A stretch of 63,521 bases of DNA, counting the filler, from Octopus bimaculoides (taxonomy: Eukaryota), in assembly GCF_001194135.2 (NCBI RefSeq). It is 5 parts of 5 records of this genome, joined end to end, with 100 filler letters (N's around TTAATTAATTAA, not from the genome) between each part and the next. Parts side by side here need not be neighbours in the genome. Positions count along the whole stretch, not along the records: positions 40,998 to 62,118 come from NC_068987.1; positions 62,219 to 63,521 come from NW_026348679.1; 3 more parts are not named here. The stretch is one strand, 5' to 3'. Position numbers and translations under genes: made by a program. A model generated the notes under the pieces. That model searched no databases. It was not told where the DNA came from and saw only the letters and a program-made list of their open reading frames with translations. Shown one piece after another: positions 48,541 through 62,268 of this stretch. Within the stretch, counting starts at the first letter, position 1. Each line of letters opens with the position of its first letter.

Positions 48541-49699
48541 AGAAAAAATAATTTTTTGTAACTAAACACTTTCAAATTTAGTATAGTGGTAGAATGTGTC
48601 ATTTAAACATCATTTACTCTTGGCGTTTTTAAGAAAATTCTTTATTTTCGAAGTTATTTCGTGTTAAAGTTGTCGTATTTCGGTAATTTCAACCAATCAA
48701 TGACGCCCCAACTTTCTCTCACTATTTCTTCCTGTTTCTTGAGTAAAGCTGGCGTCCCGTCCAGCTGGGGGGAACATATACGCCATAGAAACCGGGAAAC
48801 CGTGCCCAAGAGCCTGCCTAGACTTTAAAAGGGNNNNNNNNNNNNNNNNNNNNNNNNNNNNNNNNNNNNNNNNNNNNNNNNNNNNNNNNNNNNNNNNNNN
48901 NNNNNNNNNNNNNNNNNNNNNNNNNNNNNNNNNNNNNNNNNNNNNNNNNNNNNNNNNNNNNNNNNNNNNNNNNNNNNNNNNNNNNNNNNNNNNNNNNNNN
49001 NNNNNNNNNNNNNNNNNTATATGTGTATGTGTGTGTGTGTGCGTTTGTGTGTGTGCGTGTGTGTGTGTGTGTGTGTGAAACCTTAACCTTCACCGTAACC
49101 CGAGGTATCTTCTTCCGCCCTATCATTGATATGCATAATGAATGTCACCTTTTTCTATTAATACTTGATTACATTCAAGTCTAGTCACTTGACATGAATA
49201 TCCTTCACTGATGCCCACCAGTTTCACTAGTTGGTGTTAAAAGAGAAGATCATTTTCTAACTGCATTGTCTTTATTTTCCAAAATGATATTGCTGATGTC
49301 TTCTTTTCTAGCTGTTTCTTTAGCGGGAGTTTTTGTCTACTACCTGTAACGATAATATCGATTAATCTAAGTTTTTCAGGTCAGTTTATTAAATATCGAA
49401 CTTCACTTTATATCGGTAATCCGCGAATCAAAGAACAATATAAACTAGAATTTAAGAACAGGGCCAAACTAAATGCTGCGTACTATTTTTCTACTGATCT
49501 CACTTCCCTTCTCTTTCATCTACCCACCTTTCTAACTAATCTCTTACATTCATTAACCGTATCACTTCAACATATTTTACGGTATCTAACAGTTTAGCAC
49601 AACCGAACAATTTAAACAAAGAACTTGTCAAAGTACCTACAAACGAAGCAAACTTGTAAGTTCGGCTGTTGTTTAGTAACCTTGTTCACCACACCTCGG

Positions 49700-49970
49700 A
49701 CACAACACCTCAGTCACAACATTACAGATGCAACAGCAGAGTCACAACACCATTCGCAACACTACAGTCACAACTCCTCAGTCACAATACCACAGTACAA
49801 CCCAGTCACAACCTCACCACAGCTACAACATCAAAGTCATAATATCACCATCACAACGTCTCACTTCCAAGAACATTGTCCCAACACAACAATCACAGCA
49901 CTTCAGTCACAGCACCACGGTCACAACACCACAGTCAGAACAAAACACAATACCAAAGTTACTACAGCAC
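49700..49970. repeat. Degenerate ~12-14 bp minisatellite (CACAACACCACAGT-like)
   Basis: Recurrent GTCACAAC(A)CC(A)CA units. Confidence 0.75.
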
Positions 49971-50354
49971 ATCCCCAAGTTTACAAAGACTCCACGTTAT
50001 TTTCACCGCTTCTTCCTTACATCAACCGATACTGCCCTAATTAAACAACTTCATGACTACCTATTCCTTCATCCCAAGATTAGCACAAACCCAAAACATT
50101 GCAACTGCTATTCCATTACGCGCAGTTTTAACAATCCAGTCAACTTCTCATAATATGGCATCCCTCCAACAACATTCCATTGTATGACTACTGTAACGAA
50201 CTTGCAATGTAGCCTCAACACGGTCACTGGACATGCCAGAAATAGCAGCAAGATCTCCATCATATTACACTCCTCCACAAAAAACGAGAGAGAAGAATAT
50301 ATATGGATAAGGCAATGTTTGATAGACTATACCAGAAAAAAATGTAGATACGCA

Positions 50355-50720
50355 CAAGCGTAGCTGTGTGATTAGAAGCTTGCTTCTCAACCACATGGTT
50401 CTGAGTTCAGTCCAACTCCGTGGCACCTTGGGCAAGTGTACTCTACTAAAGCCACGGACCAACCAAACTGGAAGAAGACCATCGTATATATATGTATATA
50501 TCTGTGTGTGTCTTTGTGCCTGTATTTGTTCCCCTTCACCATTTGACAACCGGTGTTGGTGTATTTGCAGCTAGCGGTTCGGCAAAAGAGACCCGATAGA
50601 ATAAGTACCAGGCTTAAAAAATAAGCCCTGGAGTCGATTTGCTCGACTAAAATCTTTCAAGGCGGTGCTCCAGTATGGCCGCAGTCAAATGAGTGAAACA
50701 AATAAAAGAATAAAAGAATA
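50355..50720 (+). mobile_element. SINE family A
   Basis: Full motif set, including GGCACCTTGGGCAAGTG. Confidence 0.88.
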
Positions 50721-50814
50721 CTTACGGCTGGAATGTATTTGATCATAGTCATTGATTTACTTCATCGAAGAATAGTTGGGTACTAAACATCAGTAACTAT
50801 CATTAACCACAACC

Positions 50815-51008
50815 AAGGCGGCGAGCTGGCAGAATCGTTAGCGACATTTTGTCCGGCTTTACGTTCAGAGTTCAAATTCCATCGAGGTCGACTTTGCCTT
50901 TCATCCCTTCAGGGTTGATAAATTAAGTACCAGTTGAGTATTGGGGTCGATGTAATCGATTTAGCTCTTCCCCCGAAATTGCTTGTCTTGAGTCAAAGTT
51001 TGAAACCA
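50815..51008 (+). mobile_element. SINE family B
   Basis: GGCGAGCTGGCAGAATCGTTAG...GAGTTCAAATTCC...GGTCGACTTTGCCTTTCATCC. Confidence 0.88.
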
Positions 51009-53726
51009 TTACTTACAACAAACAACCTAATGCGCAGATTCATACCACAACTGCCGACTCACAACACAAACTTAGACCACAACGCCTAACCCCTAATTTA
51101 AACCCTTTTACACCACATCCTCTAACTCGTAACACAGCCTAGCACCACAATCCCTAACTCACAACACAAGCTTACACTATAACATTACCACCCGACCCAC
51201 AACTCAGGCAGCTTATCACTTCATATTTTCTCGCTGGCAATGATTACTGTGGAGACTGCCAAATTACCAATATAACGAGGTATCTACTTGAATCTCCAAG
51301 AACCCATTATGACAAGAATTCAACTGTACATCGACAAATACTTTAAGAGCGCGAAAATTAGCTGACAGCAATTGTTTTCTGTTTGACTTAACAATTTCTT
51401 CTCCCCATACTCTCTATTTCTTTCTCTTATTCTCTCTTTTTGCCCGCTTTCTCTCCGTATATATATATTATCCTCTATCATTGGAATATCAACGCGCGCG
51501 TGCGCACATACACACACACACACACACCTTTTAATTCGCATTTTTTTATATTTATATATAGATTTTGTTTGAAAGGATGAATATTGAGGTCGTTGCTGCT
51601 GCTGCTACTGCTGCTGTCTTTCATTTTGTCTTTTCCTTTTTTTATTGATGTTGTAATTGTAACTGCTATAACTGGTGTAGATGTTGGTGTAATTATCCCT
51701 GTTTCCATCAGACCAAAGCCAGTGAAATGATGTAGTAAATCTACCCTAAGTTTATAATTCCAATTACTTCAATTCACATACATATTCAGAAATGTGTACA
51801 CACACACACACATGCAGAGACAGAAGGGGCGCCAGCACACACGCATTCACAATGAAACGCGAAAAACATCGATATACACATATTAGCAAATATATTTGAG
51901 TTCGTTCTCAGTCAAAGTAGCTACCGGTATTCATTACACAATTGATATCACTTGATAAAAATGCGTATCAATATCACCAACTCGAATAACTTTCTTTTCA
52001 CAGAGCTATCTTGCTATCATTGTTCTCGATATGGAGAATTTTTCACTGTGATTCAAGTTTTCTTTCAGCGAACGGCTCCATCTCACAATATCAAACCTTC
52101 ACTTCTCCACATTATTTCTGATTTATTCTGAAATAATGTCTAATTCTTACGTTTATATTAATGATAAAATACAATCAGACAAAATTTTTTGAATGAAATC
52201 ACATACTTTGCTAAAATCCCCGATGAATGTTGTCAGGCATTGAAATACTTCATCAAAAGAGATAATCAACTTTTGATTATTATAAACAATGTCTGGAAGG
52301 TGGTTCGGGTTATTTTGTTGGTATTTAGTTTGCTTGCTGTTGTTCATTATTTTTTTTTTTTCGTTTACCTATGTTCAAGGGTTTTTCAGTCATATAAATT
52401 CTGTTTGGATTTCTTTACACTCTCAAAAATGTGATCAAAGTCGAAGCCATAATATGTCGTCTGGTTTCTCTTCACTTTTAAAGAGGTAACGTTAATCACA
52501 TAAATTATAAATCGTAAATGGCTGAATCAAAATCTAGGAATGACAAAACCAGTAAGAAACTGCTTATAAAACTATCAGCTACATTTACTTTCACAAGATT
52601 ACTGATAAATATTTCATCAAATCTAGAAAAAGACGCTAATCGGCTTCAACTGTAATGGCAAGGATTCACTTCTCGCTAGCTAGAGATTTAACGTATCGAG
52701 TTCGCAAACTATAACTTTATAAAAGAGTGCATTGAGGTCAGTTTTGAACAGAAATTTCCGCCACTAAAATTGTCATTTAAATTTTTAATGACTTTTAGAA
52801 GCCCATCTCGGTGAGATTAATATCAGAAAAAACAACAGACGGATAATGAGCCACACAAATATGTAAGCATTGATATATTTACATGAACAAGCACAATAAT
52901 AGCAATGTATATGGTGATCTCATATCAAAGCCAACAGCGCATGACCTTGCAGGTGGGGCCCAGTTAGAATTTTCTTCATGTTGTGTAGCCCATCCCGCAC
53001 AAAAGGTCCCTGAATAAAGTTGTTTAAGGATGTTGAAAGAAACATCCATGTTTCCACAGGTGAATTACTCAAACCCCAAAAAATTCTCCTCGACACATGG
53101 CCATGATGCTTTCCCGTTACTTCTGCTCGTGATCAGAGATATACATATCGTCAGCCAATAAGGGACATGCTCAACTGGCGAAGGTCAAGCAACTGACAAA
53201 CAAATCTGTGATATTGAGCAGAATATTTGCTGTAGCCCATCTTTTATACCAAGACAAAACATTATTATTATTAAATGTTTGTTAACCTTGGATAGCATTC
53301 TGTATTTCATAAAGACAAAAACAAAAAGACCTGTTCTTGATATCTCACTACTCGATCAATAAACTCTCAACTACTTGACTTCATAAGAATTTTCCCGAGA
53401 ACTAGATCTCGAAGCACACTTAAAGCTAAACTAGCATGTAAACATTGAGTTAAAAACCCTTTTGGATAGAAAATGTCGAAGTCTGTCCGTAGTAGAATGT
53501 CCAGTGGAAGAACGCCTGTCATGTCTACAAGAGATGTAGAATCGTGTCTCACGGCCACCTTCATTATTTTTTTTCTATCCAACAGAGTTTTTCAGCACAA
53601 CATTTACATGCTATTTCTCTCATTATGTGTGTTTCAGGGTCCACTGTTCCAAAACAGAATTATCTCAAATACTTGTTTTAATACTCTCCTTGCTATTCAG
53701 GCCATACAATGTTAAGAAATGTAAAA

Positions 53727-54280
53727 GCACAACTGATCAAACCTCTCCCACCCTTTCTTCTGGACAAGTACAGCCTATGGGTGTCACTCTGAGAGTGGAA
53801 GGCTCCGTGTACCGTCAACATTTTTCTGGTTTTGGTATCCATTTTCCTCATTTCTCTCTTTTGCCATTTTGTAATTTCCGCTCCATACCGAAGTGATGCT
53901 ATCGCCCACGTATTAACTGCTTGGATTTTATTCCATCCCGTCAATTTTGAGTGCAGTACCAACCTCAGTCTTCGGAAATACCCCATCCTTAGTCGCTCTT
54001 TCATTTCGTTTTCTATTATCTCGTTGCACTCTAGTACACCAAGGTATTTGTATCCTTCAATTTCAAATTGCTTAATCATGTCTCTATTCTTTAATTCTAT
54101 CCCTGCTACGGATTGTACCTTGCCTCTTTTTAGGTAGATTACTCCGCACTTCTCGAGTCCAAATTCCATTCTAATATCAGTACTACAACAGTGAACCGTG
54201 TTCACCAAGGAACTCACTTGTGTCTCATCTTTGCCATACAGTTTCGAATCATCCATGAAGAGGAAGTAGTTGATTGTTTG
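53727..54280 (-). mobile_element. R4/Dong-like reverse transcriptase C-terminal half
   Basis: LFMDDSKLYG, MEFGLEKC, GYKYLGVLE, NKIQAVNTWA..LRYGA, RLYLSRRKGGRGLIS. Confidence 0.95.
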
Positions 54281-54324
54281 NNNNNNNNNNAAATATCGTT
54301 CACCAGATAACAAATGGCACTCTT

Positions 54325-54735
54325 CTATTATTATTATTATTATTATTATTATGGAAACAAAGCTCAGGTTTGGTCATATTCCTGCTATGATTCATGAGGG
54401 TAGCGGGTTACTACCTGTAACCTTAAGTATCCACACGATTTCGGCTGTCTTTCAAGTGCATAGAATTCTCCTGATAATCTCCTTGCTGTCCCTAAGAAGC
54501 AAACTTTCTGTAGGAGCTCTACCGGGCATGCCATTTCAATCTCCTTCAGTCATTTGTCTATATCTTGACTTACTGTTCCCAACGTACTAATTATTATAAG
54601 CAAAACCTTTACTTTTCGCATGCTCCAAATTGTTTCTATTTCAAATTTTTTAAGGATTATATTTTCTTTGTTTTTCTTTCTCTTTACGATCCTGAAATCA
54701 AACGGGCATAATGGGTCGATAAGCAAACATTATTA
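54325..54735 (-). mobile_element. R4/Dong-like RLE 3' end, flanked by (TTA)n and (TTC)n(TTA)n
   Basis: IDPLCPFD...IETIWSMRKVKV..IISTLGTV...LLQKVCFLGTAR. Confidence 0.85.
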
Positions 54736-54767
54736 CTATTCTTTTTCTTCTTCTTCTTCTTCTTCTT

Positions 54768-54871
<104 letters not shown>

Positions 54872-55335
54872 GTCTATTATTATTAGGATTATCATTATTG
54901 TTATAGAGGACTCTGCTCGTGGATTTCAAAGAGCTGTAAGTTTTTGTGCAATTTTTACAGATAATATTGTTATATCTGAAAATTATTACGACATTATTTC
55001 TGTGGTCAGGCCGACTGGGCTCTTGCTGAGCTGAGCGATTAGGCGGGACTTTTCCCCCTTTTGGGGCGAATTTTCAATTTAAAATCTCCATTTTTTACAG
55101 TTATTAAACTTTTAAGATTTGTAAAAATGTCCTTGGAGAAGAGTGTCAGCTCATCCTTTCTTTTTGACTTCGGAAGACAGCCAAAAAATTGTAAAAATTA
55201 ATTGTCTCCGCCCACTCGGCGCCTTAAAAGGCAGAGGGAGGGACAACCTAAGTCTTGCTATCACGTGCAACGCTGAGCAACAGAAGGAAAAAGAAACGAG
55301 AGAAATAAGAGGAAAAGAGTAAAGAAATTCAGCTA

Positions 55336-56900
55336 ATGGATGCTGCTAGCGTCGCAACACCTGTGAATCCAAACCCTCCCACTACTACCACTAACACTAA
55401 CACAATGAACACCCAACAACAACGAAACCCCAATGCATTAAACAGCCGAGGTTTTGCTTCAATAGCAAAACCAAACAATGTATTTATAAACGTTTCTGTA
55501 GAGTCTCTCAAAGACTGTAGAAACATTTTAAAAAGAAAAAGCGAAAGATGTGTTTCGAAAAGCACACCACCAGATATTATAAAGAAAACAAACAAACGTA
55601 CCATAGTATAAAAAAAACTATATCAAATGTATAGAAACTACCACAAAGCAAGCAGTTGAAAAATGCATGCAACCCATTTGGAAAGACCTAACTTATCTTG
55701 CGAGGGATAAGAAATATGGCACAATTGAAGTTATATTTGCGCAACTGTCCTTCTCGACTTGGAGGACAAAATCAAAATCATCCAAGTCGAAAGACAAGGA
55801 AAAAACAACTGGACTGTTCACGAATTGCAAATAATGGTCCAAATAAACCAAGGCGTTGTGGAACAAATTCCTGACCAACTCAGCCTTCCAGATGGCACTA
55901 TGCTGAACGTCACTGTTGAGGGCAGAAGGCCAAGGTGCTTTCAATGCGGACAGAATAACCATCTGAAAACCTTCTGCTCACAACTAAAACAGGAGGGCAC
56001 TACCCCCTTGATACAATCACCGCCTACACCACAACAACTGAAATAACCCCAACTACAGAAGCAACCCCAACAATACAAGCAACCCCAAGAAGAGAAGAAA
56101 TCCCAAGAAAGTAAAGCAGAGAGAGCTCCAGCAAAAACATCACTACCATCAACAGCTACATGAGAGACAACAACGCCACCACCACCACCACAGCGTCTAC
56201 AAATACACCAACAACACAGCTCTTGCCAGAGGAATAAAAAAACATCAGCAAATTTTGACCCATTGGAACTACTCCTTCCTGACTGACCACTCAGACATGT
56301 TGTGCGGAGAGGCCGACAGAATTGAGTAGAGAGACGTCACACCTAAAAGACTAAGAAAAAGGCATATCAGTACACCAACAAATAAACAAGCAGTACCCCC
56401 CAAAAAAACAATCAAAATCACCCGAAAACAACAACANNNNNNNNNNAACAAGCAGTACCCCCCAAAAAAACAATCAAAATCACCCGAAAACAACAACAAC
56501 ACACCAACACCCACGCTTCCAACACCTTCACCAACACCACAGACACAGCCAACAGTACAAGGCACAAGGTCAACGCAAAAAGTAAACGAAAATAAAAAAA
56601 ACACCACAAAACTCACCACCATAAACGCAGACAACAGGAACTTACTATGATACGTAAAGAAAAATGCAGACATCAAAATGACTGACTTTGTTTTCCCCAC
56701 GGATAACACACCGCCACCACACATACAGATACTTCGAATATCGCAACATATATACAGCAACATAAAATCCAAATTTCCACTGGTGGTTGGAGGCTTCAAC
56801 ACGAAAGTGTCCTTAGTCTCTATAAATCCTTCTTCATGGAGATCACCACACTCTACTTGAGGAGTGGGACATCTGCCCCACTCCCACCCCAGAGTGCTAA
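55336..56900 (+). mobile_element. Tx1/L1-clade LINE ORF1 (gag-like) with CCHC zinc knuckle and long P/T/Q/K-rich tail, degraded
   Basis: VTVEGRRPRCFQCGQNNHLKTFC (CX2CX4HX4C), directly upstream of an APE-RT ORF2. Confidence 0.85.
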
Positions 56901-56929
56901 CGGTAAGTAGTCCTCTCCTTTTTTCTCCT

Positions 56930-59120
56930 TACCAGCCACTCAAATGCTCATACTCAAAATACTCAATGACCTCAGGTCACGAGGAATAGATGCAATAACC
57001 ATTACTGAATCCAAACTAACCGAGCCGTGAGCTTTCATGCCCAATTTCGATAACTACGAGATTTACGCAACTCCGTGTCGGCGGGAAATGGGCGGTAGGG
57101 TACCTCAGTATTGTTTCGGAACAGTCTGGATCTCAAAATAAGGTCAATCTTCTTGGACCCAGAAGGTAAGCTGGTGGTCTTCGACGTGAAAGGCAGTAAC
57201 GGTGGGGGCCTTCAGACTAGTGGCTATTTATGTACCGACAGGTGCAGGACAGCCGGAATACTTCTGGCACCTGGAGGTCTTCTTGGGTACGTCCCTACCT
57301 TTAGTGTTAGTAGGCGATTTCAACGCCATTTAGATGCACAATTTGATGATTGTATGGAGCTAGCCGATAGGAAAGTGAGTTGCAAAAGCCTCGCAAACCT
57401 GCTCAGACACTTTCAACTGTCTGACAGGTACCGACTGGATTTCCTGAATGTGCCAATGTGGACATGGGCAAACTGCATCGGAACATCTAGATCGTATCTA
57501 GATAGAGTATTTTGCATGTCTGTAGATAGGGATAGATTTAGTTGTCCACAATTTCAAATTGTCGGCTACATAGATAACAGATTAATGACCTGTAATGTTG
57601 ACTTAGCATATGTAGACAGGGACCCAGCTGCTGGAAGCTGAACACGTCACTCCCCGCATGCTACGCTTACAGAGACCAGATTAAAAAGCTAGTTCAGAAA
57701 GCTTTGACGAGGGCAATTGTCAACAATAAATGGTGGTATAACCTAAAAATAGGCCATCAAAATAGAATCTATTAGATTTAGCAAAGTCTTAGCTGTAGAA
57801 AGAAATAGAATAGAAGAGGCGCTTAGGAAAGGCATTGCAACTGACGTGCTGGCAGTGAAGTTGACCCGCGATCGACACTTCAACGCCAAGCACGAAGGTT
57901 TGCATTGTCAAAGCAGAGGCAGTGCTCTGAGACAAGAGGAAAGCAAAGCTGCTCGATGGGCCCGGGTGGCCGAGGTGCAAAATGGCAACAAAAACACCAT
58001 TCGGTCTTTTGTGGACCAAAATGGGCGCACAGTGAACGTGCTGGAGCAGATGTATGCGGCTTTTCAACAACATTTTGCCGAGTTGTTTGTGACGAACGGT
58101 GGGCCAGATCGCAGAATGGATTTCACTGCCTACCTCGATGGCCAGCCACAACTCTCAGCAAGAGGTGCGTAGTGTTGCGAAAAGCCGATAACAATTTAGG
58201 AAATACGGGACGAGATAATGGGCTGCGCGGGGTGCAAATCGCCGGGCTTGGATGGTCTGCCCTACGAGCTTTATTCTAGTATGCTAGACTTGTTTGCAGT
58301 CCTCTTGGCAGATATCTACTGCAACTGGAAACAGAATGAGAGAATTCCCAAATCTGTGAGTCGAGGATCAGAGCTACACATGAGAAAGGATACAAACGGT
58401 CGGGGGGGGNNNNNNNNNNNNNNNNNNNNNNNNNNNNNNNNGGGGGGGGGGGGTATTAGATAATTTCAGGCCCATCACTCTGCTTAATGCAGACATGAAA
58501 ATTTTGGCCAAGATATTAGTGAAGACACTGGCGCCAGTCGTCGAGAAACTGGTTGGAGACGCACAAAGATACGCCGTCCCAAAAAGGTCCATCCACTTCA
58601 ACCTCCACCTCATGCGCTACATTGTGGATAGTTAAGAAACCTGGCATCAATTTAGATCAGTCAAAAGCCTCTGATAAAGTTTACCATCAATATCTGACTG
58701 CTGTTCTCACAGCAGCCGGTTTCAGTCCGGTTTTCCGTGGATGGATCGCTGCCATGTACAGCGACATCTGCTCGGTAGTCCGAGTGAATGGTCACCTATC
58801 CGAACTATTCAACATCGTTCGTTCGATCCGTCAAGGGTACCCACTCTCGTCTTTTCTATATGTACTGACTCTCGAGTCATTACTTCTGAAACTGGAGACG
58901 TTGAGAGGCATCTCGCGTGAACTAGGACATGGGAAAGTTGTGTCGGCATATGCAGATGATATCACCGTCATAGTGTCGGACGACAAGCCCATAGACCTGG
59001 TCAGCACTACTGTGAAAGAATAGGAAGAAGAATACAGCTCGACAGCTGCAAAGGCAGATCCATGCCGACCGACAACGTTGTAGGACGTTGGACGGTCGGG
59101 CCCAGAAAATTGATACCTAT
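56930..59120 (+). mobile_element. Tx1/L1-clade LINE ORF2 (APE endonuclease and RT), frameshifted, 3'-truncated
   Basis: IFLDPEGKLVVFDV, SRSYLDRVF, KSPGLDGLPYE, FRPITLLNADMKILAK, LDQSKASDKV, SIRQGYPLS, SAYADDITV. Confidence 0.95.
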
Positions 59121-59454
59121 GTGTGGGGGGTATATTCATATCTATACTTCCACACACATCCGCATACATACACAAACAAACAAACAAACGATATATATAT
59201 ATATATATATATATATANNNNNNNNNNNNNNNNNNNNNNNNNNNNNNNNNNNNNNNNNNNNNNNNNNNNNNNNNNNNNNNNNNNNNNNNNNNNNNNNNNN
59301 NNNNNNNNNNNNNNNNNNNNNNNNNNNNNNNNNNNNNNNNNNNNNNNNNNNNNNNNNNNNNNNNNNNNNNNNNNNNNNNNNNNNNNNNNNNNNNNNAGCG
59401 TATTTTACATTGTATCATATATTTGTGTAACATATATACATAAGTATACATATA

Positions 59455-60535
59455 GAATGTAGTAATTAAGAATGGAGCAGAAAGGTCTTCGCATCTGATA
59501 TGGAGTAGCTGAAATATTTGCAAATTCCATAGTCCGATAGTATTCACGACCATCATGTGCTAAACCCAGTTTCATGGCAGCCTCTGGCAAACTACTGCAT
59601 CAAATGATATAGCTCATATCTTCAAATGATGTAACTCCGGGAATATGATATAGTGAAGCTCTCAGATAGAATCGCTCTTGTTCCTTTGGTGAAACAAAGT
59701 AGATATGCCCAATTGAGTGTGTATTATTCTTTCTGAGATGCCAGATCTTTTCACTATTATTCCCTGTGTAAAATTCAGGGAAATCAGTATAGTGTAATGT
59801 ACGTGCAAATGAGTAAGCTAGTAATTCCCGGTTAACTCACATCTATTCAGTGAGAGTGAGCCTGTCATGTGTATGGATAACATGTTCAATATCATCATCG
59901 TCATTAAAGTAAATGTATTGCTGTTGGGGTAAATGAACTGTAAGCTGTCGGACTGCAGGATATGAACCTGTAATTTGAACCCTAGAATCCTCTAGACTGC
60001 ATCTGATGAGGATACATAGCGGCCATTGATATAATTTCATCTTTGTATGTTTGTTGTGCATTGTTTTGTCCATTAACATTGACTGTCACCCGATCATGAC
60101 TTTTATGAATATATTTGCTAATATATTTAACTGATTTTACAGATGCACATATCTCTACATTACAATTACCTTCATATTTGACTAAAAAGAAGGAGGAATA
60201 TGGTACAACTGAACGTTTGCTAATTCAACATTAGACTTTGTCGACGTCAGTAAAGTGAATAGCCATTATAACTGTGTAATGTATTTTCCCGGAAACCTTT
60301 AGGGAAATGTTTTTACATTTCCCATCAACCATACATGTTGCATTTGGCTTATCTCTTCCACATGGATTATGTAGCATGCTTTTGGTTACATGTTGAAACA
60401 GAATTGGTTGTGTTTGTTGATTTGGAAGTTCTGGATAAACAAATTTATCATAATGTTCTGGATCTTTTTTTAATATGAACAACATATGACAATGAGGTAG
60501 TCCACGCTTTTGATACTCTATAGTCCACATGTACC
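59455..60535 (-). mobile_element. Helitron Rep (HUH endonuclease) fragment
   Basis: WTIEYQKRGLPHCHML (HUH motif 2), MLHNPCG, CMVDGKC, YPAVRQLTVHLPQQQ, EAAMKLGLAHDG. Confidence 0.95.
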
Positions 60536-60571
60536 CTGTAACCTCTCTCAAAACATTCTTCTCCATAATAT

Positions 60572-60878
60572 CAGCGTGGAAGATGATTGTAAGCCATTTA
60601 AGAACACGCTAAAAACCGTTAGATTCACTTCAACATTTAAATTTAATTTGTGTCGAAATATTTTCGTCGCTTTACAATCGCGACTTGTTCACTGAGAAAA
60701 CTTTGAGCTGTGTCTGCATCTGCAGATGCAGATGCAGCACGAAGTGTTGTCAGTGAACAGGTCGCCATTGCAGAGCGACGAAAATATTTTGACACAAATT
60801 AAATTTAAATGTTGAAGCGAATCTAATGTTTTGTTTTTTTGCGTGTTCTTACATAACTTACAAACATCTTCCACGCTG
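60572..60878. mobile_element. Almost fully palindromic 307-bp MITE / foldback element
   Basis: ~120-bp arms (CAGCGTGGAAGATG...CATCTTCCACGCTG) and a central perfect 20-bp palindrome at 60713-60732. Confidence 0.85.
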
Positions 60879-61065
60879 TAATTATCTTTGAAAATTAAAT
60901 ATTGAAGTGAATCTAACGCTTTTTGTTTTCCTTGAATGGCTAACAAATATCTTCAAAGCTGAAATTGCTATATATATATATAATACAAATGATATGTGAG
61001 CATATGCATATATACATACATATATGTACATACCTACATCTACATGTATATATAGATGTATATCC

Positions 61066-61620
61066 GGGTACAGGACGTTAAAAAACGTGGAAAAAAAGGA
61101 CCGGAAACATAAACAATACACAAAAAACAAACTGTTTTTACATACAACAGAATGAACACATAAGAAAACAGACAAGCCACATATGGAACTTTTCCTTCAT
61201 CAGCTGCCTCTATTCTAAACTAGGCGTTTCGAAGATGAGGCAGAACGCGCTCTTAGAATAGCTCTTCCCGCAAAGCAAATTAAATAAAACCTGCTATGCG
61301 GAGGATTCCAAAATGGCAAACAGAAACCAAGACAAGGAAAACAAACATTGAGGGCCGTTAAGCCGAACGAGATGAGATACTGAACGTTGTGATGTGACGA
61401 ACTTGAGTAGAGAGAGATAGCAGTTCGTGTTGCTTTTATGCTGGCTGAATGGAGAAAGGAAGAGGTGACCACAGGTCACGTGTGATCAACGAGGATTGGT
61501 AGAGAGAGGAAAAGGGAGGAAGTTGAACATAGGTGAGCGACGAGAGACAGGGAGGAAGAGTAAGAGAGTGATATAGCAGTGAAGGGGAGAAGCAAGGACA
61601 ACAGAAGGAAGCAGAACGAG
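61066..61620. repeat. Interspersed repeat family C, second copy
   Basis: Collinear with 30232-30760. Confidence 0.65.
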
Positions 61621-61637
61621 AGGGGAATGTAGTTAAG

Positions 61638-61676
<39 letters not shown>

Positions 61677-62268
61677 GTAGATAGATAGATAGATAGATAG
61701 AGTGCGCGTCAGTAATATATAAAGTTAAAACTTACTTGCAAATGGACGCGTGGCGTTCGATAATATAATAATACAAATGATATGTGAGCATATGCATATA
61801 TACATACATATATGTACATACCTACATCTACATGTATATATAGATGCATATCCGGGTACAGGACGTCCCAAAAACGTGGACAAAAAATGAACGGGAACAT
61901 AAACAAAACACAAAAAACGAACTTCTTTTTTTTTTTTTCACACACACACATAATGTAAAGAAACCACAAAAACCTTTGTGAAAAATAGCAACCCAGGGTT
62001 TCGTGGATGAAATACATATCAGATCAACTTCAACATTAAAAAAACTGTTGTCTTATGTATATCAAAAAATTGGGGCTAATGCAGAATCGCACTTTTCCTG
62101 GAAAAATGCATTTAAAAANNNNNNNNNNNNNNNNNNNNNNNNNNNNNNNNNNNNNNNNNNNNTTAATTAATTAANNNNNNNNNNNNNNNNNNNNNNNNNN
62201 NNNNNNNNNNNNNNNNNNAACGATCTTACTTGGCTTGCCGGGTCTTCTCACGCACATATATATATATA

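Noticed and set aside
49625-50153. Thr/His/Gln-rich mucin-like ORFs
   Set aside because: Explained by a degenerate CA-rich minisatellite open in several frames.
52915-53265. Segment resembling a recalled cephalopod interspersed repeat (also 2781-2942, 29232-29310)
   Set aside because: No second copy within the window and no diagnostic motif, so it was not classified.
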